A DNA stretch of 64,000 nt. Source: Fibrobacteria bacterium. GTDB lineage: Bacteria > Fibrobacterota > Chitinivibrionia > Chitinivibrionales > FEN-1185. Below the pieces are notes generated by a model that saw only the letters and a list, made by a program, of their open reading frames with translations, was not told the origin of the DNA and searched no databases. A program made the translations under genes and the position numbers. Positions 1 through 8,673 of the stretch are shown here, piece by piece (position 1 is the stretch's first letter; each line of letters opens with the position of its first letter). The stretch spans positions 1 through 64,000 of the forward strand of contig JBBIGR010000024.1 of assembly GCA_037447435.1 (NCBI GenBank), written 5' to 3'.

Positions 1-712
1 GGAGCGAACGGACCGAATCCTTGTCGTGTTTAAATACATTCCGGCATGTTACGGTACGACGATAATGATCGAGTAACATCCGCAGCTTTGACTGTTTCAA
101 TACCATGCCGTAAACTTGAAGAAATCGTTCGGATGCGGCATCAACAGTTGCCGGAGTCAACGCAATGACTAAGCCTTCGGGTTCGATCGAGCGTTCCGGA
201 TCAGCTGCAACGGTTTTGTTTTGCAAGGTCCTAAAAAAATTCCAGGAAAATACGATACCGGTCAAAACGGCAATTCCTAAAAGAAAAAAACTTCCCAATC
301 CATGAAGATAAACGAAAAATGCGCAAATGAATTTTGGCAGTATGCTTGCAAAAATAAGGCCGGTTCCTGAAAAAAGTAATACGATGGTGCAAAGAATCGC
401 TAGTTGAGCATAGCGTCTTCCAAAACGCGATTTTATTATAAATCCGAATAGGTCATTTTCCCAAAAAAACTGTATGGAAACCGATCGTTTTACCCAATAG
501 GCGTACACTGCCGATATAAGCAATAATAATCCTATGCCCATATGCAAATGCAAAATTTCCAAAGATCGCGGTGCTATGATCCGATAAAATTCAGGAACCC
601 CAAAAGTCATTCCGGTTACAAAGAGAATCGCGATTGCAGCACATATCGGAATGGGCCCGGATAATGTATCTGCAAACTTTCGCGATGTTTTTGCGGACAC
701 GGATTCAATCAT
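1..712 (-). CDS. Cytochrome b-like 4-TM membrane protein with soluble C-terminal extension (partial, runs off window start)
   Basis: Not in the ORF track. Manual translation from ATG 712 is open to base 2: MIESVSAKTSRKFADTLSGPIPICAAIAILFVTGMTFG...ILHLHMGIGLLLLISAVYAYW...LAILCTIVLLFSGTGLIF...FFVYLHGLGSFFLLGIAVLTGIVFSW. It has four hydrophobic helices with His at the start of helices 2 and 4. RBS GAGGA overlaps the upstream TGA. Confidence 0.7.
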   Translation of the reverse strand, partial: MIESVSAKTSRKFADTLSGPIPICAAIAILFVTGMTFGVPEFYRIIAPRSLEILHLHMGIGLLLLISAVYAYWVKRSVSIQFFWENDLFGFIIKSRFGRRYAQLAILCTIVLLFSGTGLIFASILPKFICAFFVYLHGLGSFFLLGIAVLTGIVFSWNFFRTLQNKTVAADPERSIEPEGLVIALTPATVDAASERFLQVYGMVLKQSKLRMLLDHYRRTVTCRNVFKHDKDSVRSL

Positions 713-723
713 TTGACCGTTCC

Positions 724-1377
724 TCAAAACGAATACTGGTTTGGGTGGCATTCGGTGCAACGGCTTTTGTCCGTAATATCGGATATTTTTTTCATTGACG
801 GACATTTATTTGAAGAACTGTGGCAATTCGCGCAGGTTTTTTCCAGCGGAAACGGAGTATCATACTTTTCCGGCTTTACGTGCACGACCCCCTGATGACA
901 TGCGACGCACCCCATCGGATCGTCGAAGGACACCTTTTTCAAAATCGCGTTGTTTTTGAATTTACCTGCGGTGTGGCATATTCTGCAGCTGTCTCGCAGT
1001 GCGGAATGTTTGCTATGCGCAACAACGAGGCCGATCGATTTCAATTTTTCGGGTAATGCGGCTTCCGCGAGGTTATTGAATTTGTCCATTGCGTTATGGC
1101 ACGATGTGCAGGTCCTGGTTGTGGGCCGGCCGGCTCGATGCGCGTTTTTATAGGAAAATGTCAGAGAATAAAGGAGTTCTTTCCATAAAGCCTCGAAACC
1201 ATTGGCATATTTATCAAAATGACAATCTTCGCAACCGACGTTTTTCCTGCCGTGCGAACTGTTGTCGTACATTGTTGTCACTGAAGAATCGGTGTGGCAG
1301 TACAAACAGGCTTCTTTGCCGAACGATGGAAGACACACTGCGAGAATTAAGAACCATTCCAATCGGATTTTTAGCAT
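724..1377 (-). CDS. 7-heme c-type cytochrome, NapC/NirT/NrfH-like
   Basis: 7 CxxCH (CLYCH, CEDCH, CTSCH, CRICH, CVACH, CANCH, CTECH); hydrophobic N-terminus; SSH..VGCEDCH and CHQGVVH patterns typical of NapC/NrfH. Confidence 0.85.
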   Translation of the reverse strand: MLKIRLEWFLILAVCLPSFGKEACLYCHTDSSVTTMYDNSSHGRKNVGCEDCHFDKYANGFEALWKELLYSLTFSYKNAHRAGRPTTRTCTSCHNAMDKFNNLAEAALPEKLKSIGLVVAHSKHSALRDSCRICHTAGKFKNNAILKKVSFDDPMGCVACHQGVVHVKPEKYDTPFPLEKTCANCHSSSNKCPSMKKISDITDKSRCTECHPNQYSF

Positions 1378-1428
1378 TGTTTATCCAGACTGCTTTTTGT
1401 TTAATAAAGAAAAACAGTACTTAAAAGG

Positions 1429-2685
1429 TTATGGGTTTACTTGCACTGAAACAGAGTCCGTCAATCCGGAGTACCGCACGTAAACAGTGGCGTTTCCTGG
1501 GGAAATGCCGTTCAAATTGCCCAACGCATTGACCGTAACGATCATCGGATTGCCGCTTGACCACACAGGACGCGACGTAAAATCAATAGCCCCGTTCAAA
1601 TTGGTGAGCGCCTGTGCGGTGAGCTGAAGGCTCGAAGCCACTTTCATTTCAACCGGATTGGGATCGATAACTATGTTGCTTAAAAAGCCGATTGTGTCGA
1701 AGCCTGCCGAATGGAAATGACAATCCCAGCATGCGCGTCCGAAACGATGATTTCCCGGTTCACCCGTATTTGCATGCGCATCTTTTCCCGGCGCATGGCA
1801 GGCATCGCAGGCGCCGTTTTTTACAGAGTCGACCGAAAACATGGAGGAATCGGTGAAGTTCACGGTTTCGGGTCCTGCGCCTAATCCTCCGTCAATCGAC
1901 TCGCGGATCATGGCAAGATTCTTAGTCCCGTGCGGATCATGACAGGTTTTGCATTCAAAATTATAATTGAAACGTTTTGATATTCTTGAAGAGTGTATCG
2001 CGGCTTTTGAAAAAGCAACATATCCGAGTTTGCCTTTGGATTGTTGAGTGGGGGCATGGCAATCAAGACATAAGGCGCTTGAGCCGTTATTGATACGTAA
2101 TAAACTGTCTCCGGCCGATGGGGCGAAATGTCCCGGGCCGTTGGGATCGTGACACACGTCGCACCGGTAACCCGGTCCGTTTTTTCCGTGTAACGTTTGC
2201 GCGTATCCTTTCGTATTGCCGTGTCCGCTCGGCGCATAATACGCCATAATGTTTTTGGCCTGCTTGGATTTTACAATAGACGATCCGTCGTGGCAGCTTT
2301 CGCAGAAATTTCCATCATGAAGCCAGGTGCCTGCGGGTTTTTTCCAATATGTTTTGGCTTTTTCGGCACCGCTGCCGTGACACCCGCTGCAAACGGTCGT
2401 TGTTGTCAGTGGTTTTTCATCTTTCATCAAGACGATACTGTCTATTACGGAATGTGACGATCGATCGTCGTGATGGCAATCTTCACACGTCGAACCGCCG
2501 AAGGTGGCGTTTGACACGTGCAGATCGTGAAACCCGGTCGTCATAACGTATCGGTTGTTTGTTCCATGGCAAACCGCACAGTCGGTGCCGTTGACGTCGA
2601 GAGTCACTTGCGGCTTTGGAGCCTCCTGCACGCAACGCGTGAGAAACAAAGCGACAACTATGAAAAGCAAACGCATAGGTTTCAC
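1429..2685 (-). CDS. 9-heme c-type cytochrome, probable lipoprotein with C-terminal Ig-like (Big_2-type) domain
   Basis: 9 CxxCH; signal MKPMRLLFIVVALFLTRC ending in Cys; C-terminal ~85 aa with LQLTA..VWSSGNP.IVTVN..G....PGNATVYVRY pattern. Confidence 0.85.
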   Translation of the reverse strand: MKPMRLLFIVVALFLTRCVQEAPKPQVTLDVNGTDCAVCHGTNNRYVMTTGFHDLHVSNATFGGSTCEDCHHDDRSSHSVIDSIVLMKDEKPLTTTTVCSGCHGSGAEKAKTYWKKPAGTWLHDGNFCESCHDGSSIVKSKQAKNIMAYYAPSGHGNTKGYAQTLHGKNGPGYRCDVCHDPNGPGHFAPSAGDSLLRINNGSSALCLDCHAPTQQSKGKLGYVAFSKAAIHSSRISKRFNYNFECKTCHDPHGTKNLAMIRESIDGGLGAGPETVNFTDSSMFSVDSVKNGACDACHAPGKDAHANTGEPGNHRFGRACWDCHFHSAGFDTIGFLSNIVIDPNPVEMKVASSLQLTAQALTNLNGAIDFTSRPVWSSGNPMIVTVNALGNLNGISPGNATVYVRYSGLTDSVSVQVNP

Positions 2686-2690
2686 GGCGA

Positions 2691-3485
2691 TTATTTACCT
2701 TTGTGACAGGTCGTACATGATTGTGTTCCGTTAATCAGATTCTGGTGATTAAGAATTCTCCCCCAAGACCGCTGATGACAGGCATCGCACGATTGATGGG
2801 AATCATGGCAAACAAAACATTGGTTTGCGGGGCCGAGGGCATCGAATTGATGAATGTAAAGATAGTTGTGCGGGTGCACGTCCTCGGTGATTTTCCCCTG
2901 ATGACATTTATCGCAAAAATTATTGACATGGCATGTTTCGCACGACCGGGGCGCTTGTTTATATAAATCTCCATGTCCTTCTCGGTCGTCCATTCCATGG
3001 CTCATCACGATTGCCGGATCCGAATGGCAGAATTCACAATCGTTGCGCACATTGTCTTTTTCATGACAATCAACGCATGCGCTCATAATGGGCATATCTT
3101 TCCGGTCAAAATAATAAGTTTTATCGATATATCCGTGACAGGTTTTGCATTCAATCGAATCGTTGATATGGACTTTATGGTTAAACTTGATTTCCCGCTT
3201 GGGTTTTAACGGTGTTTTGCCGTTTGGGTTAGTATGGCAAACAGAACAACTATCCTGATTTTTAATGTCGTGACAACCGGTTTTATTGCACAGTTGTTGG
3301 TCGGTATAATTGTCGTCCCTCGCTTTAGTACTTTTCATGATATTCGTGTGACATGCGTCGCATTTACCGGCATTATAAATCAATTCATGCCGAGAATGCG
3401 TGAAAATCAATGTGTCATAGGATGATGTTCCAAAGCTCGGCACCGTAAGCAGCAACGTCATGAATGAAAACAACAGTTTTTTCAT
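2691..3485 (-). CDS. Periplasmic 10-11-heme cytochrome c (c3/c7-like repeats)
   Basis: 10 CxxCH plus one CxxxxCH (CNKTGCH); FTHSRH and FNHKVH distal-His motifs; Sec signal ending SFG; ATG overlaps upstream TGA. Confidence 0.9.
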   Translation of the reverse strand: MKKLLFSFMTLLLTVPSFGTSSYDTLIFTHSRHELIYNAGKCDACHTNIMKSTKARDDNYTDQQLCNKTGCHDIKNQDSCSVCHTNPNGKTPLKPKREIKFNHKVHINDSIECKTCHGYIDKTYYFDRKDMPIMSACVDCHEKDNVRNDCEFCHSDPAIVMSHGMDDREGHGDLYKQAPRSCETCHVNNFCDKCHQGKITEDVHPHNYLYIHQFDALGPANQCFVCHDSHQSCDACHQRSWGRILNHQNLINGTQSCTTCHKGK

Positions 3486-4876
3486 TGGTTGCCCCTCAGT
3501 GATGTGCGGGCATGCCGGTTTGAATAACCTATGTTAAAATCAATAGAGAAACGTACGTCGTGTTGCACAAAAATGTCGGTTCTATCCTGGACACATACTC
3601 GCAGGAGGGGGAGTGCCGATTGGAACGGCTTGAAGTTTGCAAATGCGTAATATCCGAAAAAATCGCTTGCTCCGTATTGACCGTAATAAACGTCAAGTTT
3701 TGCGTAATCGGCACCGGCTCCAACCGACATTATTTTAAAAATCGGGTAATTTCCCGATAGGCTGACAAGGCTTGCGGCTGTTACGGAACCGAATCGAAAC
3801 GATACGGACGCATCCACGTATGTTGACGACAAGGCAATTTTAGCCGTATGGACGGTATTATTCGAGAGAAGCATAAAATCATACTCACCCGTCACATACA
3901 GATGTTCCTTCGGTAACGGCTTAAGCCGCCATCCCGCATACGCACGTTGATAATTGAAAACATCGAAATAGTACATGGTCATGGAATCTGCAAACAAAGG
4001 ATTATGGTAATCGTATCCGATATAGGGCATATTCTGGTTCGAAAGGTAATATTCGCCTTTGAGCTTTGTCTCACTCAATTGTACCGTAGAGCCAAAGCTC
4101 GCTAGTCCTTGACCTTTAAGCACAAGGTTGCCCGGCATCCAGAATTTAATGTCGAGGCCGATGTCGTTTGCCGTTATGGAATTATTGACCATCGACCGTT
4201 CAAAACTCAGGTCAGCATACGACCGGTACCCGATAATCTGTTGCAGCTGGATAAAACCGGTAGAATTCTGAATGCCTACCAAGGTGCCATTGGAGTCGAC
4301 TCTCGCTCCGCTAAAACCGGATAGGGTGGTGTTATCCCCGAGCGCAATAGAGCCGCTCAAACCATCCATTTTAAAAAAATGAAATCCGGTGAAAACATTT
4401 TGTCGGCCCAACCGCGCATCCCGTATGATTCCTGCATCTCTCACCGTCGCGTTCAAGGTTTGCGTTCTCCAGAGAATGCTTGAGGAAGAAGTATCAAAAA
4501 TCCGAACATCCATATTACGCGTAATGCTAAATCGATCCAGGAAATCAATATTCGAGGAAAAAGAGAATTTGTTGTCCGGGCCTTGAAACAGATCCAGGGA
4601 TATGGATTGGACCTGTTGACCGTACTTGTCGTATACGACATTCGAATCGAGCGGGTTGGTTGTGGGATGGTCTTCACCGGAAACGGCAAATCGCGTGGTT
4701 GAATTTACGGAAAGCCCGAGATACTTTTCGGTTTCCACACGATCTGGCATCACGATTGCAAACGAGGATGAGGGACACAGGACTGTGCACCAAAGGAAGA
4801 ACAGCCCCGTGCCTATTGACAGACCGCAACGCGGAAGCGTTTCCGCAACGCGGTTAATTTTATTACCGGTTTTCAG
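3482..4876 (-). CDS. Outer-membrane beta-barrel (porin of putative porin-cytochrome complex); start extended to CTG 4876 (track start 4753)
   Basis: Alternating aromatic/hydrophobic strands and terminal strand FSIDFNIGY; sits between multiheme genes. The frame is open 41 codons upstream of 4753 and encodes a signal-peptide-like stretch ending SSFA. Confidence 0.7.
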   Translation of the reverse strand: MKTGNKINRVAETLPRCGLSIGTGLFFLWCTVLCPSSSFAIVMPDRVETEKYLGLSVNSTTRFAVSGEDHPTTNPLDSNVVYDKYGQQVQSISLDLFQGPDNKFSFSSNIDFLDRFSITRNMDVRIFDTSSSSILWRTQTLNATVRDAGIIRDARLGRQNVFTGFHFFKMDGLSGSIALGDNTTLSGFSGARVDSNGTLVGIQNSTGFIQLQQIIGYRSYADLSFERSMVNNSITANDIGLDIKFWMPGNLVLKGQGLASFGSTVQLSETKLKGEYYLSNQNMPYIGYDYHNPLFADSMTMYYFDVFNYQRAYAGWRLKPLPKEHLYVTGEYDFMLLSNNTVHTAKIALSSTYVDASVSFRFGSVTAASLVSLSGNYPIFKIMSVGAGADYAKLDVYYGQYGASDFFGYYAFANFKPFQSALPLLRVCVQDRTDIFVQHDVRFSIDFNIGYSNRHARTSLRGNQ

Positions 4877-5820
4877 AAGTTTGCTTTCTTTTCAGTGACT
4901 TCGATCGCGTCTTTGTCTTTGATGATCGGCATGGACTTATATAGTACCTTGACGACGATTTCACCGCTGCCAATTTTTGCGTCGTAGGTAAGGTCCAACT
5001 TCTTATCAACCGGAATGGAAGTGTCTTTTTTGTCTTTGTTATCGCCTTTTTCAAATACTTCCCGATGCATGTCGACGGTTTTTTCATTTTCGTCTTTTAC
5101 CGCAGTCATAATAAGAAGTTGCCTGCCGACAGTTCCGGAAGGAAGCGTGTGGCCGGCGCAATCGTTAGTGATCGTTACGTGAATTTTACCTTTATCAACC
5201 GTTACCGTTAGGTCGCGCACCGATTCTTGCAATGCCTTCAGATCGTATCCGCCGTAGGTTACATGTTGGAATACTTCTTTTGCAATTCCGCCCTTGGCTG
5301 CAGGACGTTTTACCGGTTTCATATGGCATTTTGCGCATGTGGAATAATTTTTCGAGCCTTCATGGGAGAACGAACTGGTCTTCCATTCTTCAGATGTATT
5401 CTTGTGGCACATCTGGCATGTCGAATTGTCTTTAAATTCGGACGTCGGTGCGGGATTGCATTCGCCTTTCGTATCTTTGAATGGGCCGAGCACTTTCTGG
5501 TTCTGGCGATGGCAGCTGATGCAGTTTACGCCGCTTTCCCTGTTTTCATCACGCAAGATATTTTCTTTCCCAATGCCGGTTTCGAAAATCGGTTTCGGCG
5601 CATGGCAAGGGAGGCATTCGGCTTTTGTCCGGTTTTGGGATTGCTCGGTAAACTGTTTTGATTTCCAAGCCTGGGCGTGCCGCGTCGTTTCCCATTCCTT
5701 ATAAATATCGGCATGGCATTCCTTGCACGATTCGGCATTGTTCCAATCTACTTTTGCAATTGCTCCCTGATACGAGCCGACGGCCAAGCCGCACAGCAAG
5801 GAAAATGTTACCAATCGCAT
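4873..5820 (-). CDS. Pentaheme cytochrome c (c554/c552-like N-terminus) with heme-free C-terminal domain
   Basis: 5 CxxCH (CKECH, CLPCH, CISCH, CQMCH, CAKCH); CHxxIYxEWxxxxH motif; AGHTLPSG; signal peptide; RBS GGAGG. Confidence 0.85.
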   Translation of the reverse strand: MRLVTFSLLCGLAVGSYQGAIAKVDWNNAESCKECHADIYKEWETTRHAQAWKSKQFTEQSQNRTKAECLPCHAPKPIFETGIGKENILRDENRESGVNCISCHRQNQKVLGPFKDTKGECNPAPTSEFKDNSTCQMCHKNTSEEWKTSSFSHEGSKNYSTCAKCHMKPVKRPAAKGGIAKEVFQHVTYGGYDLKALQESVRDLTVTVDKGKIHVTITNDCAGHTLPSGTVGRQLLIMTAVKDENEKTVDMHREVFEKGDNKDKKDTSIPVDKKLDLTYDAKIGSGEIVVKVLYKSMPIIKDKDAIEVTEKKANF

Positions 5821-5885
5821 TGTCGTACCTCCCGGTTAAATAAAAAACGATATCCCATTCGGTGAATACTTTCGATACTAAAGCG

Positions 5886-7739
5886 TCATTTTCCCACAAT
5901 GATTTTATAGGCGCTATTGGACGTTTGCGTCCGGATAGTCAATAAATACATTCCAGATTTTAGCCCTGCAAGCGAAAATTCATTTGCAGTTTCAGGACGT
6001 ATGAATCTGCTCCAAACCTTAACGCCGTTACAGGTAAACAAGGATACTGTCAACGATTTTCCCGCATTTGGCGGGACAGGGAAAGTCATTGCACCAATTG
6101 AAATTTTATTCCCTTTTTGTATATCGATTTGATTGATTACTTTAGCGCCCGGAACGACATTGATCCGTAAGAACAACGTGTCGGCCGCACCTTTACTGTC
6201 GGACGCTATAACGATAGTGGTGCACGATACGGATGTCGGGTCCGGAATAATTATGAGCGTATCAAGAGAAAAGGAGTACCAGGCCGTCGGCGTTAGAGGT
6301 AATTTCTTGAAAGAAAATAATATGGAGTCGCCGTTGGGGTCCGTGGCCGCGGCAATCCATTTCGTAATTGACCCGACGGGAGCATTGACCGACGACGCGC
6401 TTGTGATGACTGGAGGCGCATTGATTGCCGAGGGATTGAACACCGAAATTTTTAGGGCCAACGTATCGAGTCCGCCTTTACCGTCCGATGCATATACGTT
6501 CACCGTCGTGTTTTTTGATGATGCGGACGGGCCCATCGTGATCGTTGCATTGGAAGCTGTGATCCATGAAGGAAGGCCGGTAAATGAATAGGAAACAGCA
6601 TCCCCATTCGCATCGGTTGCATGCGCGGTCCAGGTTACTATAGAACCAATTCTCGCGGTAACCGTGTCCGGATTTGTAAAGACCGGGGGAACGTTCGTTA
6701 ATGGCGGACTGAAAACCGTTATCTTCAGTTTCAAAGTATCGAATCCAGTCTTACCGTCCGCTGCGATCACCGTTACCGTATCGTTTTTAGAGGTCGTCGT
6801 AGGGTTCATGATCAATGTTGCATTGGATACGGTTATCCAGGATGCTTGACCGCTAAATGAAAAGGTGATTCCATCGCCGTTGGCGTCGGTCGCCAAAGCG
6901 GTCCATGTGGTAGTGGCACCGATCTTCGCACTGACCGTGTCCGGGTTGGAAATGACCGGTGGAACATTTACCGCAGGCGGGTTGTAAACTTTAATTTTAA
7001 GTTTCAATGTATCCAAACCGCCTTTACCGTCGGACGCGATTGCGGTAACAGTATCATTTTGTGAAGATTCCGTGGGGTTCATGGTCAAAGTTGCATTGGA
7101 TACGGTTATCCAGGATGCTTGACCGCTGAAGGTAAAAGTTACGGGATCGTTATTTGGATCCGTTGCAAGTGCGGTCCAAATGGTTGTTGTGCCTATTCTT
7201 GCACCAACGGTATCCGGGTTCGTTATAACCGGCGGGGAATTCGTAGTGACAGCCGGCGCGGTGTATACGGCATTTATGTTTGTCAGGGCTGTAGCGGAGT
7301 TGCTTGAATCGGTACCGGCCTTTGTTTTTGAAGTTCCGTCTATTACTATGGAACCCACTGCGTGATAGGGTGTAGGGCCATCTTGACAAATTTCGATCCA
7401 ATATTTATACGTGCCGTTCGGAACGATATTTCCATCCGCACCTTTAAGGTTCCACGTCCCGGAGAAGGTTGCTTTTGAAGAAAGAGTCGCACTTGAAACC
7501 GCATCGACGCTCACGACATTCCCCGAAGCCGCCCGCCAGACTTTGAGGTGGTCATCATTTCTCTTGCTCCAAATTGCAAACGTTTGTTGTAAAATATTCG
7601 CTGAATTGGTGATCCACATCACCGCAGCGGTCGGACTCGAAATTCCGCTGGTAGCGGTCACTGTAAGGCCTGCGGCAAACACTGCTAAAAGCCAGCCCGA
7701 CAAACAGAGTATAGACACTATAGTACGCAACTGTTTCAT
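5886..7739 (-). CDS. Secreted DUF2271-domain protein with four cadherin/Ig-like repeats and a C-terminal sorting-like domain
   Basis: AVMWI..LKVW..VDAVSSAT..WNLKGADG.IVPNGTY..WIE pattern of DUF2271; four ~91-aa PPVxT...A.D.NGD...ASDGKGG.DTL repeats; tail LFTCNG...LKSGMYLL...KII. Confidence 0.75.
   Translation of the reverse strand: MKQLRTIVSILCLSGWLLAVFAAGLTVTATSGISSPTAAVMWITNSANILQQTFAIWSKRNDDHLKVWRAASGNVVSVDAVSSATLSSKATFSGTWNLKGADGNIVPNGTYKYWIEICQDGPTPYHAVGSIVIDGTSKTKAGTDSSNSATALTNINAVYTAPAVTTNSPPVITNPDTVGARIGTTTIWTALATDPNNDPVTFTFSGQASWITVSNATLTMNPTESSQNDTVTAIASDGKGGLDTLKLKIKVYNPPAVNVPPVISNPDTVSAKIGATTTWTALATDANGDGITFSFSGQASWITVSNATLIMNPTTTSKNDTVTVIAADGKTGFDTLKLKITVFSPPLTNVPPVFTNPDTVTARIGSIVTWTAHATDANGDAVSYSFTGLPSWITASNATITMGPSASSKNTTVNVYASDGKGGLDTLALKISVFNPSAINAPPVITSASSVNAPVGSITKWIAAATDPNGDSILFSFKKLPLTPTAWYSFSLDTLIIIPDPTSVSCTTIVIASDSKGAADTLFLRINVVPGAKVINQIDIQKGNKISIGAMTFPVPPNAGKSLTVSLFTCNGVKVWSRFIRPETANEFSLAGLKSGMYLLTIRTQTSNSAYKIIVGK
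6150..7243 (-). repeat. Four tandem ~273-bp intragenic repeats (cadherin/Ig-like modules)
   Basis: A 38-bp identical block at 6817-6854 and 7090-7127 (273 bp apart); protein repeats start PPVIT, PPVIS, PPVFT, PPVIT. Confidence 0.9.
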
Positions 7740-7851
7740 GCCGAAACTCCTTTACCAAATAGCATTTCCGATTGTGTTTTCATAGTGGGTGCCTCTATAC
7801 TACGACTGCATTGGCCTTTAACTGCTTCGTTAAGAATCCCGTAAAAATGAA

Positions 7852-8616
7852 TTAATTTCCTACAATGATTTTTTTCGAAATATTGTAATTTTTAGATGCA
7901 AAATTCAATAAATATGTGCCGGGACCGATTCCATCGATCGATATAGCGCTGGAATTATTGTTGTTTATCAAACCTTCCCAGATCTTTATGCCGTTACACA
8001 AATACAAAGAAACAACAAGAGACTTTTCGTGGGGAATTGTCACCACAGAGGATGTTTTTCCGATTGCAACATTGACTTTCATCAGATTCCCGGTTGAAAG
8101 AGGAAAAATCGGTTCCACTGAACCTGTTGCCGGTGCGGAGTAATCTGCCGATACATTAGAGATATTCGCTGCAGACGTAGTCGAATCGACACCGGCCTTT
8201 GTTTTTGAAGTTCCGTCAATGACGATAGAACCGACGGCGTGATAGGGCGTCGGACCATCTTGACAAATTTCGATCCAATATTTATACGTGCCGTTCGGAA
8301 CGATAGTACCGTCTGCACCTTTTAAATTCCAAGTTCCAGACATTGTTGCTTTTGATGCGAGTGTTGCACTTGAAACCGCATCGACGCTTAATTTATTGCC
8401 GGATACAGCCCTCCAAATTTTCAAATGGTCGCTGTCTCCTTTATCCCAAATTTTGAAAGTTTGTTGCAGAACATTTGCAGAATTGGTTATCCACATAACC
8501 GCCGTGCATTTGCTCGCTATTCCGCTCGTGGCCGTCACGGTTAATCCGGCGGCGGAAGTAAGCATCAATATTCCGGTGGATGCAATTAATAAAATCACCT
8601 TAATCAAACGATTCAT
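7852..8616 (-). CDS. Secreted DUF2271-domain protein (short paralogue) with C-terminal sorting-like domain
   Basis: N-terminal ~140 aa nearly identical to the 5886-7739 protein, including VDAVSSAT; tail LYLCNG...GPGTYLL...SKKII. Confidence 0.75.
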   Translation of the reverse strand: MNRLIKVILLIASTGILMLTSAAGLTVTATSGIASKCTAVMWITNSANVLQQTFKIWDKGDSDHLKIWRAVSGNKLSVDAVSSATLASKATMSGTWNLKGADGTIVPNGTYKYWIEICQDGPTPYHAVGSIVIDGTSKTKAGVDSTTSAANISNVSADYSAPATGSVEPIFPLSTGNLMKVNVAIGKTSSVVTIPHEKSLVVSLYLCNGIKIWEGLINNNNSSAISIDGIGPGTYLLNFASKNYNISKKIIVGN

Positions 8617-8673
8617 AGGGAAATCCTCTTTTTTTGAATTAGTAGTATTTCGTACAACCTTAACTGGAAAGGG

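Noticed and set aside
6150..7243. Spaced DNA repeats as a CRISPR array
   Set aside because: They are in-frame protein repeats with a 273-bp period; no cas genes.
7378..8305. Duplicated segment or FGE-domain gene as diversity-generating retroelement TR/VR
   Set aside because: Both copies are coding, differences are not confined to adenines, no reverse transcriptase is present, and no second copy of the FGE 3' end was seen.
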